Shown: one piece after another, positions 37,865-51,142 of the stretch
How the letters are laid out: the number at the start of each line of letters is the position of its first letter
Numbering within the stretch: position 1 is the stretch's first letter
NCBI GenBank assembly: GCA_029953675.1
Contig: JAMWBK010000003.1
Location: forward strand, 2,170,001 to 2,234,000
Reading direction: 5' to 3'
DNA: 64,000 nt
From: Rhodosorus marinus CCMP1338
Taxonomy: Eukaryota > Plantae > Rhodophyta
Notes under the pieces: generated by a model
What the model was told of the DNA's origin: nothing
Database searches by the model: none
Seen by the model: only the letters and a program-made list of their open reading frames with translations
Translations under genes and position numbers: made by a program

Positions 37865-40489
37865 GGAGGAAGAAGAAGAAATCCCGATCGTCACTGATAG
37901 AAATGAATCTATATTCATTCACTCATCTACAAACGTAAATCCAGGCAGGCATCCCCACCCACATCCGTATCCGTGGAGAACCATCCCTTCAATTTGGAAC
38001 AAACCTCCTCACTAATCAAATCATCCTTTTTCCATAAAACCACCATCCAGAAAAGCCCCTCAAAACGACACAGAGGTCACACTGTTATGTTTTTTCCTTA
38101 CAAAACCCCTGAAAAAAGGAAAAGAGGGCATAAACACTAAATTCACAATATAATATAATCCAACCGAACAAATGCAACAAAAACACTATCAAAACCACAC
38201 AAAAATACAGCACCATATGATAAGTAGATTTGCATTAGGGCCGTTTCAGCTTTTCTCTCCCTTTTTGGGGATCCGTTTTGTGAAACAAGAATTCGAATTC
38301 AAGATTTTTACCAGCAAGTACGATTGGAGGTCCAAGATCTTTTTATACGAAATACAATAAATAGTAATCGAAATTTGAATATTTATACGTTACAGTATAG
38401 TTGGTGTTTTTGAAATAATTAGACCGTTTCAGAGACATTCGCAAAATAAATTACTATAATTCAAATATGAATGATAGGATCGGGCGCTGTTAAGTCAAAT
38501 CAACGCTCCCCGGGCTGAGTGATTTGCAAATTAAGCAAAAAAAGGAAAAAAAGGAGGAGCAATAACGAAATTAAATAAATAACAGCCGGACGGGAGTTCA
38601 ACGAATGATGTTGTGTTTAGCATTTCCTGATGATGAATTCTGAACAATGTTAGCACGATAGAGAATGCAAGGAAAAAAGGCATGATTCGTGGGCCTGTTT
38701 TGGTAGGAGTAATTGTACCGAATATTTTTTTTTTCTTTTTCAGCCACCTTAAGTTTTTTTTTTAAGGAGAAAATACTATCTCCTTTAATCCAATGAATAC
38801 GGATAAAACGTTACAATATCCAATGGTATCCACCACTGGCCAATCAGTACGCTTCTGCTGCAAAATTTGCTGAATAGTTGATGAGTACGTCCGTAGCGGG
38901 TTCCCTCCAGCTTTGGAATTCGACACCAGGAATTTCCTTTCGCCTGAGTGCTAGCTAGCTGAGGGGGGAACGGACTTTGTGAATGGAGAAAGGACTTTGA
39001 AACAATATAACCCTAGGTGAGCGTACAGATGCGATCTAGATATCCTTGAAGTTTAACCACTATGTATAATATTTATATTCATATTGTTTAAATTGTATTT
39101 GCGTAGCGTACTTTACAGTGCAACGGAAGACTCACTGGCTGGTATAGTATACCCCTACCGCGATTGCACTTGTTGACTGAATAAAAAGGAATTGTAACGG
39201 ATACGGGCACACCTAAGCAACCCCACCCCACTCAGCTCCTCTTTCCTCAATCGCTGCACCTTCGCTAAAACAAAATTAGATAGATTTCGTTGATCGGGGA
39301 AGAAGCCGGGGGGGGCCCGGCGAAGAGGGTGCAATGGGATACCTATGAGGGTTCGAGGACGTCGGGTCTTAATTTCATGATATATTCCTTTTTGATTGTT
39401 TATGGAGGGAAAATTACGGTTGAGTATGAATTTGATTAGTTTTTTATATGCCTCGTCAGTCCCTACTCCACCCCCCCCCACCCCCCCTCTTCTCCATTTT
39501 CTTTTTCATACAATTTTAAACCCCTCCTCGAAACCTTGGATTAAGGCCTCTGGTTCAGGAGGTGAGGCAGAAACCAAAATTCATCTTGTAGAAATAAAAA
39601 TCCACCACGTGATTGTTTGAATTTACGGAGAGTGCAGCCAATAACGTTCTGTAGCACTTTCATAGTTTCTCTTCACCAAGGGGGGAGGCAGTAATCGTCG
39701 AGACATAACAAAAATAGTGGTAATAATATAATCTAAACAAAACATTATTTTCATAAATTCGAAAATTACAAGGGGTAATAAAACAGCTCCTCACGGGACC
39801 CTTTCACCGTTCATCTAATTTTTTTCAAAAACATACACAACTACATATTTCTCGATATTCTATTTTTTTATAGATTTCTTCACAGGAGATCTTAGCTCTC
39901 GTTCTGTGCTCTGAACCAACTCGTTCCCGCCCAACTCCCCCCACCCCCCCTTCCTTTCAAAGTCTTCTTGTTGCCATTTCCCCTTCCCCTTCTCTCCCCC
40001 CCCAACTCGACAACCAGAAAAAGCAAAAATTGGGGCATCACTTCCTTTACCTATTTTTTTGATTCAAAACGCTCCATCGAAGAAGGGGGTACACGATTTC
40101 TCAAACCCCCGCCCAAGACCCCACCCACCCACCCCTCAAAATATGTCTCTTACGCGATTGGAATCCATGTATGGAAAAACCGTCAAGGTTTTTATATGAT
40201 ATACTTTCTCATTTGTCTTGAAAAGGGCATATCCAGTCTAAACGGGAATTTGGAAAGGAAATTCTAAATATCCTTCCACCCACCCCAACCCCCTCCCCGG
40301 TCGCGACCCTCCTCTTGTTCTCCTCCCCCTCTTTACAAAGCCTACCAACATCTGTTCACCCCTTGCTGTTTCTTTTCCTTTCAGATTCTCCTAAGCACTT
40401 CAGCTTAGCAAGCTGTTTCGGGAATTCTGGTGGGGATGTTTGCGTGGTGCTGTTGTTGTTGGTGTTGTGGGAAGCAATCTCTCTCTATA

Positions 40490-40520
40490 TCTCGGAATAC
40501 ATATATATATATATATAGAT
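40490..40520. repeat. (TA)n microsatellite upstream of the cyclin gene
   Basis: atatatatatatatatag at 40501-40518. Confidence 0.85.
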
Positions 40521-40742
40521 GGGGGAAGGTATGCGATGGGTGCATTTTGAGTGGATGGCTTGTACATGAACGGCTTATTTGGGCTGTTCTGTTCGTTTAG
40601 GTTCGGGGACTGAGCGGGGCTGTGGTGAGCTAGATGGGCATTCGAGTGTAGAGGACAGTGGGCCTTGGTGGGCTGAATGTGAGAGGGGTGCTGCTTTTGT
40701 TCTGGTGTTTGAGGAGTGGTCTCGGGGTTTTTGGAGTTCGTT

Positions 40743-41512
40743 ATGGATGGAGTGAAGAATGTCTTGGCCGGTGTGATTACGGCGAGGGTGAACTATAATG
40801 ATGAGGTGAGTGATCCTGAATGGTGTTCTTTCTTTTTTGTTTTGTTTTGTATGCTCGTGTGCTGGTTTTTGACTCTATTGCTTGCTTTCTCGTCTGTTAG
40901 TACGCGCCTTTGAGGGATGCGAGGAACTTTATCGCATACCATAGCAAGACGCTGCCCCCAATTTCACCAGCGGATTACCTCTATAGAATTGCCAACTACG
41001 GGGGATTTTCGCCTTCCGTGTTGTTGCTCGGTCTGTACTATATAGACCGTCTGGCGCTCCATGACCAGCGGTTCCTTGTAACTTCGTTCAACGTCAACCG
41101 GCTCTTGATAACGGCAATAATGCTGGCCTGTAAATATTTAGAGGACCTGAAGTTCTCTTTGCACCACTTTGCTGTTATCGGAGGCGTTACGGCAAGGGAA
41201 CTACAGGAGCTTGAAGTAGATATGCTCATGAGGTTGGAGTTTAGCCTCGCTGTTGCACCGGACGAGCTCAATGCGTATCGGCGGCGATTGGCAGACGAGG
41301 TTCGTACATCTTTGCCAAGACTTTTTCCCAGCAAAGCCTCAAGTTTTTCGACTACAGAAGCTAATAGTTCCGTTCTCTTTGGCGCATAGTTCCTGCACCT
41401 GGACTGTGACAACTTTGACCTGCCCGGAAAGTGCACAGGAATCCCCAGCAAGAGCAATCCCCAGCAAGAGTTCAGACCTCTGCAACCTTTGTTGCCCCCA
41501 CACAGAGTGTGA
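40743..41512 (+). CDS. PHO80/cyclin-U (P-type) cyclin; 3' end tentative
   Basis: PPISPADYLYRI, LLLGLYYIDRL, FNVNRLLITAIMLACKYLED, FAVIGGVTARELQELEVDML; introns 40805-40900 and ~41300-41388. Confidence 0.9.
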
Positions 41513-42288
41513 TCATTCGAAGTGGGTGAAGTACGGGTGCTGGTGAGAAAGGAATCGCTCCATTATGCGTCCAGAACGCGCGATGCAAAGCTACCACTGT
41601 GTAAATAGTCCTGAAAAAGGAGCGTGAGTTTCCGTGAAAACGTGCTCAATGTTGAAGACATCTGGGAAAACTGGGAGTGGCCATGCCTCTCTCCTGAGGA
41701 CTCCAAAACAAGGATGAGACATCGCACACGCATAAACGCACAAATACCCTTCGGGGAGCAATGCGGCACATGCGATGTCGCGTCGCCAAGTAGCGTGGTG
41801 GCGGACGAACTATTATTTCAAATGGTACTGTTCTATTGTACAGGAGATATAACTATTATAGGATTAAGTTTGTTAACTAAATTAAGATGGAAAATGCTGA
41901 AAAGGAACTGGAACTAGTCTGCAAAAGAGGACTTTATTCAACAGCTTTTGGGAGCGTTGTCTGTATTACCTGTTCGAGTCCACCTCAGACCACCGAACGG
42001 CAACAACAAAATAAGTCCTATCTCATATCGCCAACGCTAAGAAAGTCAGCTTTTAACCAAAAAAACAGCCCCTACCCCCTCACCCCAAAAAGGGATAGCG
42101 TGCACCAGCCAGTCTAGCTGACGTTACACTGAGACCCGCGCGCACGCACTAGTAGTCTGTAGCCCACTAAACACGATTCGCGTTTCAACTGCGACGTTCT
42201 TGAAGACTCTGCAGTGCTGAAAAAGAGAAACCAAGAACCTCTTCGTCTTGCAAACATCATCAGCTCTCGCCAATTCCTTGTTGCACAT

Positions 42289-43483
42289 TTAGGCAGCCGC
42301 TGGGGAGATCTCATCCTTGTACTCCTCTGGAAGACCAGAATTGATCGCTGCTCTCGCAGTTGCACTAAGCTCTTCCTCTGTAAGGTTTTTCGGGTCGATA
42401 GCCGGATGCACCTCGACTGCAATCTTATGCCTCCTGTTTGGAGAAGAGGAATGGAGGACAACAGTTCACAATCTGTTCGAGCGACAAAAATGTGTGCTTC
42501 TTGGGAACACCATTTCACCTGAGAGGTAGCAGGGCACTGTTTGGCATTGCTTCGCGCGTCCCGACAATGGTCAGCGGTACTACCTTTGCCCCGGTCGCCT
42601 TGGCAGCCTTAAAGGCACCGCTCTGGAACTTTCGCATCCTGTGGAAACACAGAGGTAGGGGAAATTTTCGCGAGATCCTTCAGCATCAAGACAAAGCACA
42701 TATGATCATATTGACCAGCTGACCGGAAAGAACCAAGGCTTACTTTCCTGTTTCGCTTCTAGTTCCCTCGGGGAAAATGACCAAGCTGTTTCCGTTCTTG
42801 ATCGTGTTCAGCATGTCCCGGTAGGTCTGCAGCTGACTCTTTCGGTTTCCCCTTCTGAGAGCAACGTCTCCTTTCATCTGCATCGCGGTTCCTGCAGTTT
42901 TAACCCGGGTTTGGAACTCACACGGTCAGAAACGTGTGCGTAAGGAACAAACGTCTGGCAGCTGCTTACCGATGATGGGCACTCTTAGAATCTCAATCTT
43001 TGAGACGAACTTGTGGTGGAGCCCGATAAAGCCAAAGCAGAAGATATCGAGATAACTCTGGTGGTTTGCGACATATACCACGGCCTCATCTGCTGGAGGA
43101 AGGTTTTCTCTGTGTATATACCGCGGTCGAACGCCGATGGCAAACATGGGCACCATGAAGAACCATCTGGAGATATAATCATGCACCCGTCTCCTCGTAT
43201 CATCCCTCCACCTGACCAGCGGATGTAGTATCGCCATAGGAACGATAAGAATGATCGCCCAGAGCATAACAGCTATTCCCCATATGATCCCGATCACACC
43301 GCCGATCGTTTTCTTCGGCTTCTTTTTCACCGGACTGGCGCCATTTGTCACCTCAGCCTTCATCCTGACTCCACTTGATCGGCTTACCCGAACACCTCCA
43401 GAACATCTCCCGCAACTGCTCTTCGACAGTCCAACCGTTCCACCACCAACCAAACCTCCTCCACCGATCACAAAACAAGACAT
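42289..43483 (-). CDS. Plastid 1-acyl-sn-glycerol-3-phosphate acyltransferase (PlsC/ATS2-like)
   Basis: MSCFVIGG transit peptide; NHQSYLD, KFVSKIEILRVPIIG, VIFPEGTRS, FQSGAFKAAK..VVPLTI, VHPAID. Confidence 0.92.
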
Positions 43484-44544
43484 ACTGCACACGCCAAACC
43501 TCTCTCCCCAAAAAACCAAGAACGAAAAAGCAAACAGCACTTATTAAGGAAACCCCTACGGACAATGGTAGCTGACTACGTTCATCAACCCCTTCGTGGG
43601 CTTCAGATCAAATCTCTTCCTCTTCTATTTCCCCTCTGATCCTCTCTCCCACCCCAATCGCTTTCCCCTTCCGATGCAAGATGAGCTGGTGAGCCAGTCC
43701 CTCCACACCGTCTGTCCATTCCCAAAAACCACCTCAAAATCCGAGATTGACGGAGATTTGTTTAAGGCCCTTCAATACCTACATATATGGTAATTATCCC
43801 AAATTTTGCAGGTAGTTTATTCTTAATCAATCTCTAAAGCACGGAGTAATTTCAACCAATTCATATATGAAATATCTAGAATCATATTTTGTAAATTGCG
43901 GAGAGGATAAGCCTGGACCCTTATTTAAGACGGATTCATCTTAAGTTGGGGATTTCCTTTTAGAACGACTATGTTCATATTAATGATTTATCACGCGTTA
44001 AATTTAGACAAGCTTTCTCTCAAAAAAAAAATTTCATAGACGGAATAGACGGAGGGCTCAATGTTTAGGTGACAGCAGTATGTTTTTCTGGGCCGTTCGT
44101 GTCTGATGACGATATCCATGTTTACGTCCCTTCTACATGTTTGTTTTAAAAAATATGAATATTTATCGAATAAAACTCTGACACATGTCTACGAATGCTG
44201 AAATACACGAATGAAACTGTTGTGTGGTGCTAATATTTATTTTTTTCAAGATAAAATATTTACATTCTTTCGAAGGTTTTGCTGCAAAGGACTCGCGTGG
44301 AATATAATCAATGGTTTAACACGAATGGAATTGGATTAAATCCAATCGCTGGGGTCGCCTCCTCAGCCGGTCGGTGCTTGGGCCTACAGACGGTTGGGGG
44401 TCTGGGTGTTGCTCAACGTGCGCGAAGGTTCACTTGCGCCGAGAACTGAACAGAAGGGGAAAAGCGGACATAGACTACAAATTGAATCTACGCGTTTCTT
44501 TGCCTTTCAAGCTGCCTTGAATAGTTTATCTTTGATCCAGAGGA

Positions 44545-45670
44545 ATGATCCGAACAGGCTTTGTCGGATGCTTAGGTTCCGGGTTTTCAGGGTCCAGGTT
44601 GGGGAGACTTCGATCCGCTCCAGGTGGTTTAGGACCAGTGCATAACAAAACTCCGCAGAATCGGCGTCTAGCATGTACTCCACAAGCTCTACTTGTTCCG
44701 GCCAGTCGGGTAGCGATCGCTCTGGCGGTCCATGCGGGACTATTGGGAGTGGGTTGGAAGTATGGTGAGCGATTTTTGACGAAAGCCGGGGTCGCGCACG
44801 CCTGTGCTCTCGGGTTGCTCTTGTGGTGCTCAATGGGCTTCAGCGGATGGTCTCTTGCAGCAACTTTCTTCATTATTGGAAACCTAGCAACAAAAGTGGG
44901 CAAGGAAATAAAAGAAAAGGAAGGAACAAGCGAGAAGCGAGGTGGGGCCCGTGGCCCGGAGAATGTGTGGGGAGCGGCTGGCCCAGCAGCTATTTGTGCA
45001 TTAGTAACTCTCTTATCCCCTGCACTATTTTCTGGTCAAGCAGTAGGTTTAGTTGCACTGGTAAGCGGCGGACATTCGGACCTCGCATTCACATACTTTT
45101 GGCGGTGCCACAAACTCTGTCTCACACACGTCTTGACCCGGACAGTTTGGACAACTGGGATATGCTTCTGCAGTCGCAACGAAAACTTTTGATACGCTTT
45201 CTAGCGAGATCGGCAAGGCGTACGGGAAGACAACTATTCGAGTTACAAACTTTGAGGTGGTCCCCCGAGGAACCGAGGGTGCCGTGAGTTTAGAAGGGAC
45301 TCTTGCCGGACTTGCCGGGGCAGTGCTCATCTCTGTGTTCGCCTGGTACGCTTTCCTGATCCCATACCTTGACATACCCGTCTGTATAGTAGCAGCCTTT
45401 CTCGCGAACTGGGTTGAGGGAATTGTTGGGTCTTCCTTTCAAGAAAAGGTAAACCCGGTAGACAAAATTGATAGATCGTGCCCTTTACCGAGGCCACTCA
45501 GTACTTGTTCCTGAACTTCTGAACCAATTTGATGCGTCCTGTCGTACCCTTCTCTTATGGAGTAGATGGGGCTGACGAATGAAGCTGTCAACGTCATCAA
45601 CACCGGTAGTGGGGTGGTATTTGCTATTTCGATTCGTGTCCTCCTCACGATGCTAAATGTTTTCTACTAA
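44545..45670 (+). CDS. VTE6: DUF92/TMEM19 family protein, phytyl-phosphate kinase VTE6-like, plastid-targeted
   Basis: LTKAGVAHACALG, TKVG..KEKEGTSEKRGGARGPENVWG, ASEIGKAYGKTT, VPRGTEGAVSLEGTLAG, AAFLANWVEGIVG, LTNEAVNVINT. Confidence 0.82.
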
Positions 45671-45684
45671 ATAGAAGAGTAACA

Positions 45685-45918
45685 CTACTCGAGAGCTGAT
45701 GTGCAATCGATGGCCGAGGAGGAGTCCGAGTGAACTCACGCGGAAGGGAACCGGCGACAATCGCTATGTAGAGGCCGAACAGGAAAACCTCAGACCCAAA
45801 GACCACGAAAAAAACTCTTTCTGACATTTTTGGCCTGCCAACGTACAAGTCGACAGGTTGTCAAGGCTTCTCCAGTGCCCGAGCGCCTTTCCCACGTTGA
45901 AGCCTCATTATGGACCAT
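45685..45918 (-). CDS. Candidate 42-aa single-TM microprotein (3 exons)
   Basis: ATG 45918; introns 45835-45895 and 45696-45739 (both GT-AG) join in frame to give MVHNEASTPKMSERVFFVVFGSEVFLFGLYIAIVAGSLPPLE*. Confidence 0.3.
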
Positions 45919-45969
45919 ATGCTTTCAAAAGCGGTAGAACCCGCTAGAGTTCAGCTATTTTTACATAAA

Positions 45970-47481
45970 TTACTTCTTATGTCGCCTCAAAAATTCTGGA
46001 AGGCTGCTCTTGTTTGCTGCCGAGCCGCGCTGCCGGTAGGGAAAAATGGAAAACGTTCATGAGAAATGAAGAACATCCCAGCGCTCGCTTAGCTTGAAGT
46101 GCATATAACGTAGCCTTACCTCCGGTACGACTGGTTGGATTCTAGCGGGTTGGCTCTTGGCCACGCTGGGCTGACTAGCAGCTTGGGATTCAGATCCGGG
46201 GAATCCAGTAGCGACTATGGTTATGCTCATTTCTTCACCCATGGTGTCATCAACCAAAGCTCCAAAAATGATGTTCGCGTCGGGGTCAACTGAATTGTAA
46301 ATTACCTCAGCAGCAGAATTTATCTCGTGCAGAGTCATATCTGGTCCTCCAGTAATGTTGAACACGATACCGCTAGCTCCTTCGACAGGGAAATCAAGCA
46401 ACGGAGAGGAAATAGCGGCCATGGAGCAGTCTTCGGCTCTTCTCTTGCCGTTGCCAGTCCCGATCCCAAGAAGAGCTGATCCTGAATCCTTCATGATCGA
46501 GCGAATATCGGCAAAATCAACGTTAACCAGTCCCGGCTTCAAAATAATCTCGGAAATCCCGACTACACCTTTTCGCCAAAAGAAAAGCACAAGGATCAGC
46601 ATTCGACAGTGACTTCGCTTAAGGATTAAACCGGACAGGCTTAATGCGTTTCCAATATGCACGGGTAGAACGGCCACGATGAGCCTACCTTGACGAAGAA
46701 TGTCGTCAGCAACAAGGAAAGCTTCTTGCAGTGGTGCATTGTCGGGAACGATTTGTAGTAGTTTGTCATTTGAAACCACAATAAGCGTATCCACTCTCAT
46801 CCTCAGCTCCTCGACCGCTATTTCAGCTTGCTGCATACGTTTTCGACCCTCGAAGCTGAACGGTTTGGTCACCACACCCACCGTGAGGCATCCCTAAAGA
46901 AGCGAACCATATGTCGATCAGCAAGCTACCATGAGTCCCTGCGTATCGATTCGACACGTCGATTATCGAAATGGGAACTAGCAATGCTCAAATACGGATG
47001 ATCAGCTTACTTCCTGCTTCGCAATGTCCGCAACAACCGGCGCCGCTCCACTGCCAGTACCACCGCCAAGGCCGGCTGTTACAAAGACCAAATCAGAACC
47101 ACTGATAGCGTCGTGTATCGCTCCCCGAGATTCCTCAGCAGCCTTTCTCCCAACTTCCCAGCGCCCGCCTGCACCGAGACCTCTCGTCACAGATTCTCCT
47201 ATTGCAAGCTTGTTGCTCACTTGTGATTTGCTGAGTGCTTGAAGGTCGGTGTTAACGTTCCAAAGCTCCACCCCTTCAATAAAACCCAGCATTCGGCTAG
47301 CAGCATTGCCCCCAGCCCCGCCAACTCCAATTACCTTAATCACGCAGGGCGTATCTCCCCTGCTGCTCATTTGAACACGGACCCTGCGCCCTACGCTCGT
47401 ACAGGTGCTGACGTTCCTTGGGCCGGAAGCCTTTCTCCCAAGGCCCAAGCCACCGACGAATCCAATCATCGGACCATCCAT
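45970..47481 (-). CDS. ftsZ: Plastid division protein FtsZ (FtsZ2-type, C-terminal core motif)
   Basis: [26 protein letters not shown], tubulin signature [40 protein letters not shown]; last exon [11 protein letters not shown]; MIGFVGG transit peptide. Confidence 0.97.
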
Positions 47482-47663
47482 AGTCCACACCCGGCAAAGC
47501 AAAAGATCAAAAAACCTTTGAATAACTCTCGGTGAAAAGGAGTCCCAAAACCCCTCATTCAACCCTGACCTGAGGCGCGGCAGTAGTAGGTGTTCTCAAA
47601 AGCTCAATACGGTAAAACAAAGCAAATTCCAAGCCCAAAGCAAATCCGTCTTCACACTGTCCA

Positions 47664-47670
47664 CAACAGC

Positions 47671-47710
<40 letters not shown>
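47664..47710. repeat. (CAA)n trinucleotide microsatellite (~15 units) in the ftsZ upstream/leader region
   Basis: CAA CAG (CAA)13 read directly. Confidence 0.95.
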
Positions 47711-49082
47711 CGACACCCAAACACATACACCACCCCTCACCCCGCCCCCAATCACCGAAAGCCTCGCTCCCTGGTTTTATATATGTACCAACGAAATTCT
47801 AACTTCCCTCCGCCCCGCCAGCACCAAACTCCCTCTTCAAGCTGAGAAAGAATACGTCTTCGATCAACAACCAAACAGCCAATGTTCCCGCATTAGCTGG
47901 CCCCAAGCAGTTTTCTTCACTTCTTAACAGAAAGCCCCTCCCCATCGTTTCCGATCAAACCAAAAACACCAAGTTTCAAACTCATCACATTAGCTGTCCT
48001 CAGGGCCATGAATAATCCAAAAACCAAATGTTACACCAAAAACGACCAAAAACAAACAAAAAACAAAAATTCAACGGATATACAAAAAATTGTCGCCCGC
48101 TAAAAAAAACAAAAGACAAATAGGCAATCTGACCTCCGCCCCCCTCGCTTTTTCCAAAAAAAAAAAGGAAACAGAAAAAGACCGATAGTTGAAAAATATA
48201 AACGAAACAAAACATCATCCATCGAAAAATATCGTACGTGTTTCTCTATCGATAGAAATATCATTTGTTTCTTTATATTTTTAGGCCTACTTAGGATATT
48301 GTCTATCAACAAGATCACTTATTCGATACTGCTGCGAGCTCGTAGAGATCCTCGTCATGAACTATCGTGTACTATTTATCTACCAAAATCAATTCTCTTA
48401 TATGATCTGCGCGAAAGCCACTGGATCCGGCAGTTCACCTATATGGAGTCAATTTGCGGGGACTGCTGACTTGACCTACCTACGGAAAAATTCCCTTTCT
48501 CTGAGAACGATACTCGGTGGTTGAGATAGTGCTTCCTATTGATAGCAAAGTACCCTATGGTACTTTGCAGACAAAAGAGATAGACGGACCTTATGTTGTC
48601 CATCTTCGTCCAAGAGAGCACTGCGCATGTTGAGCCTAGGAGAGCTTGTCGTATCTCTTCCTCGAGTTGGGTCTGGTCATCGTTGCTACTTCTACAGAGC
48701 TTCTCAGCGGCATAGGACAGGATGAGATGAGGATGTAGTGCTGGTAGGGGTCTCATTTAAGCTCCCGGGTGTAAGGCAGTAAACGGCAGTAGCGGTAGTG
48801 GGATCAATGTATCTATGCAGCCAACGGAAGGATAAACCATACAAAAGCCTTCCTCAAGTAGAATCTTTTATAAACTACTAAGACAGCTCAGTACAATCAC
48901 GAGCACTGCTTTCCAAGCTTAAGCCTTCACATAATAAAAAAAAAGCGCGATTGTTTCTTGTCACTGCTATCGAAGCTAAAGTAGTTTTCACTCGCATTCC
49001 TCATCCTCTCCGACAGAACCTATGAAAGGCCCAAAGACGATTACAATACGCAAATGCCCGCTATCTGCGGACGCAGCAAGGC

Positions 49083-49933
49083 TCATTGACCGGTGTTCTT
49101 ATAGGCAGAAGCAGCGTCTGGCATTTGCTCGGAATACCCAGCCTGAGGGACTGGCACCCCAGCGTATTGCCCTGGGACAGCTTTTGTCATAGGCACCTCG
49201 GTACCAGTGTTGAGGAACAAGTCTTCCTCAATTCCATCAAGCTCCGCCTCCAAATCTTCCTCGTTAACACCATCCACCGTATAATCCCGACCAAGCGTTT
49301 CCTGAGAACGAAAAAATTGGACATGTGAGATCCTTAAAATCGAAACAAGTAGTTCAAAGCAATCAAAACCTACCGAAATATAGTTCGTCTGGTTGAGGAT
49401 GTCCTCCAGGTCGTCCTGCAGATTCTCTGCTTTGTCCAAATCAACCTTCTTAATTTCCTTCGCAAGCTGCTTGTTGGTGGACTCCATTATCGAAATTGTA
49501 TCTTTGGCTTCCTTCATCTGCTCGACTGCCATGGAAACAGCGTCGACATTGACTTGCTGCTTAAAAGTTTGATCTAGCTGCATTTCCAATGTCCTAAAAG
49601 ACATAACACAGTGAATGTAAGGGTCAAATCGAAAACTTAAAACAAAACCGACATATATGATTCTATTCAGTGGCCGTCACACCTCTTCTGCTTCAACATA
49701 CGAGAAGCCCTCTGCTTCGCCATGTTATACTGCGAAGAATCCTTCTTACACTGCTTCAACTCCTGTTTCTGCCGTATCAACTCCATATCGCACTTCTTTA
49801 TTTTCTCGGTCAACGTCGCAATACGAACATCCAGATTATGCTGCACCGAAGACACGTTCGGTCCAGGAGCCGCTGGGGCAGGCGCCTGTGCATAAAAATT
49901 CGCCGGAACGTCCTTCTGTTTTCCCAAAACCAT
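49083..49933 (-). CDS. VPS60: ESCRT-III subunit Vps60/CHMP5
   Basis: KIKKCDMEL..QKQ, AKQRASRMLKQKR, DLDKAENLQDDLED, QETLGRDY..D.V.EEDLEAELD. Confidence 0.9.
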
Positions 49934-50835
49934 TTTTCTCAAAACTGTTTAAGAACAAAAACAAAACTAATCCCCAAGAAACCGCCCACACTCCTATACC
50001 TGAAGAAGAGGCTTATTCTCAAACCCTCCCTACCTCCGGAATATCTTACCCCACGATCCAAAGAACAAAAAAAATACCTCCAACCGCTCTCACCCAAATC
50101 ATCCACACGCCCTCCCCCAACCCCAACCGACTCCTCTGCGAAACCCCAAAAACCAGGCCCTAAATATCGACAGGAACCACTTAGAGTAACAGCAGATATC
50201 ATCCCGCAAGAAATCCAAAAGCCGTTAGTACAATATGATCGAATTCCACTCCAGTGCCCTCAAGCGCGTCAACTATCATGAAAAATCCATACCAACAACC
50301 TAGTACAGTCCCTATTCCTAGACAGTACATGTTTAGTACAGGACACCCCATGAATTCTTCGAATATTCTGGAGTTGATTATTTGTAATCTCAATAAATTT
50401 TGTAGGATATCATCAGCGCCTGAATTTAAAGACCGTAAAGTTGGAGGGGTGGTGCAAAGTATGACTTGTGACTTAAGGGAGGGTAGTGAAAATTCCCCAA
50501 AAATTGTGGATATTGAATTATTGATTTTATTGATTCTATATTGTGATGGGAATACCCCTGAGATAATATTTCACGTGTGCCGGAATTTGAGTTGCAGGAA
50601 AGGGGGGGGTGATCGTTTTTTTTCGTTTTTTTTGGTTGCTTCTTTCGGTTTGGGCTGCTTACATGCTGAATTTGGTGTTCCTTAGCGAGCAGCAAAGGCA
50701 GGCTTTTACTGACACTGGAATTTGTACATGGTTAGGGTCATACGGGTACTGGGGACCCTGTGGATAGCTGCACGCTTGAGTTGATCACAGTTTGCCAGGG
50801 CGGGAAAATTGTTGCAGTGATCGCTTGATAAGCGC

Positions 50836-51142
50836 TTAGGTCTTGGGATATAGGCTTTTGTTAAACTGGGTCGTGAGCTCCTCTGGGGGAAGGGGGAGGT
50901 AGTCTTCGTCGTTCAGCTGAAACTCGGCGAGCGCAACCTCCCCCTGAGGGAAAGAGGAGAAAATTCTTGACGAAGCATGTTGAAGACTATCCGTGCATTT
51001 TCAACAATAACACGGGGTCTGGAATAATGCTGAAGTAGGTGCACAGTACCCAACGAATTGTATTCGAGGAGGTGCCAGCTCACAGCGGCTGGATGTAGCG
51101 AAGTACCTTTCAGAAAGAAGCACGGTACTTATGGCCGGTCAT
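50836..51142 (-). CDS. Candidate 45-aa micro-exon gene
   Basis: Exons 51129-51142, 51014-51029 and 50836-50943, joined by GT-AG introns of 99 and 70 nt, give MTGHNIIPDPGEVALAEFQLNDEDYLPLPPEELTTQFNKSLYPKT*. Confidence 0.45.

Noticed and set aside
48439-48756. 105-aa ATG-initiated minus-strand ORF between ftsZ and vps60
   Set aside because: No motif or supporting exon structure; cannot be distinguished from chance.
49657-50281. 168-aa and 203-aa + strand ORFs
   Set aside because: Antisense to vps60 and its G/T-rich leader; explained by composition.
51100-51130. In-frame TGA in YRASF*K read as possible selenocysteine or an antizyme-like frameshift
   Set aside because: No Sec-motif context or SECIS found; the +1 frame closes quickly; an upstream donor (AA|GTACCG) removes the TGA more simply.
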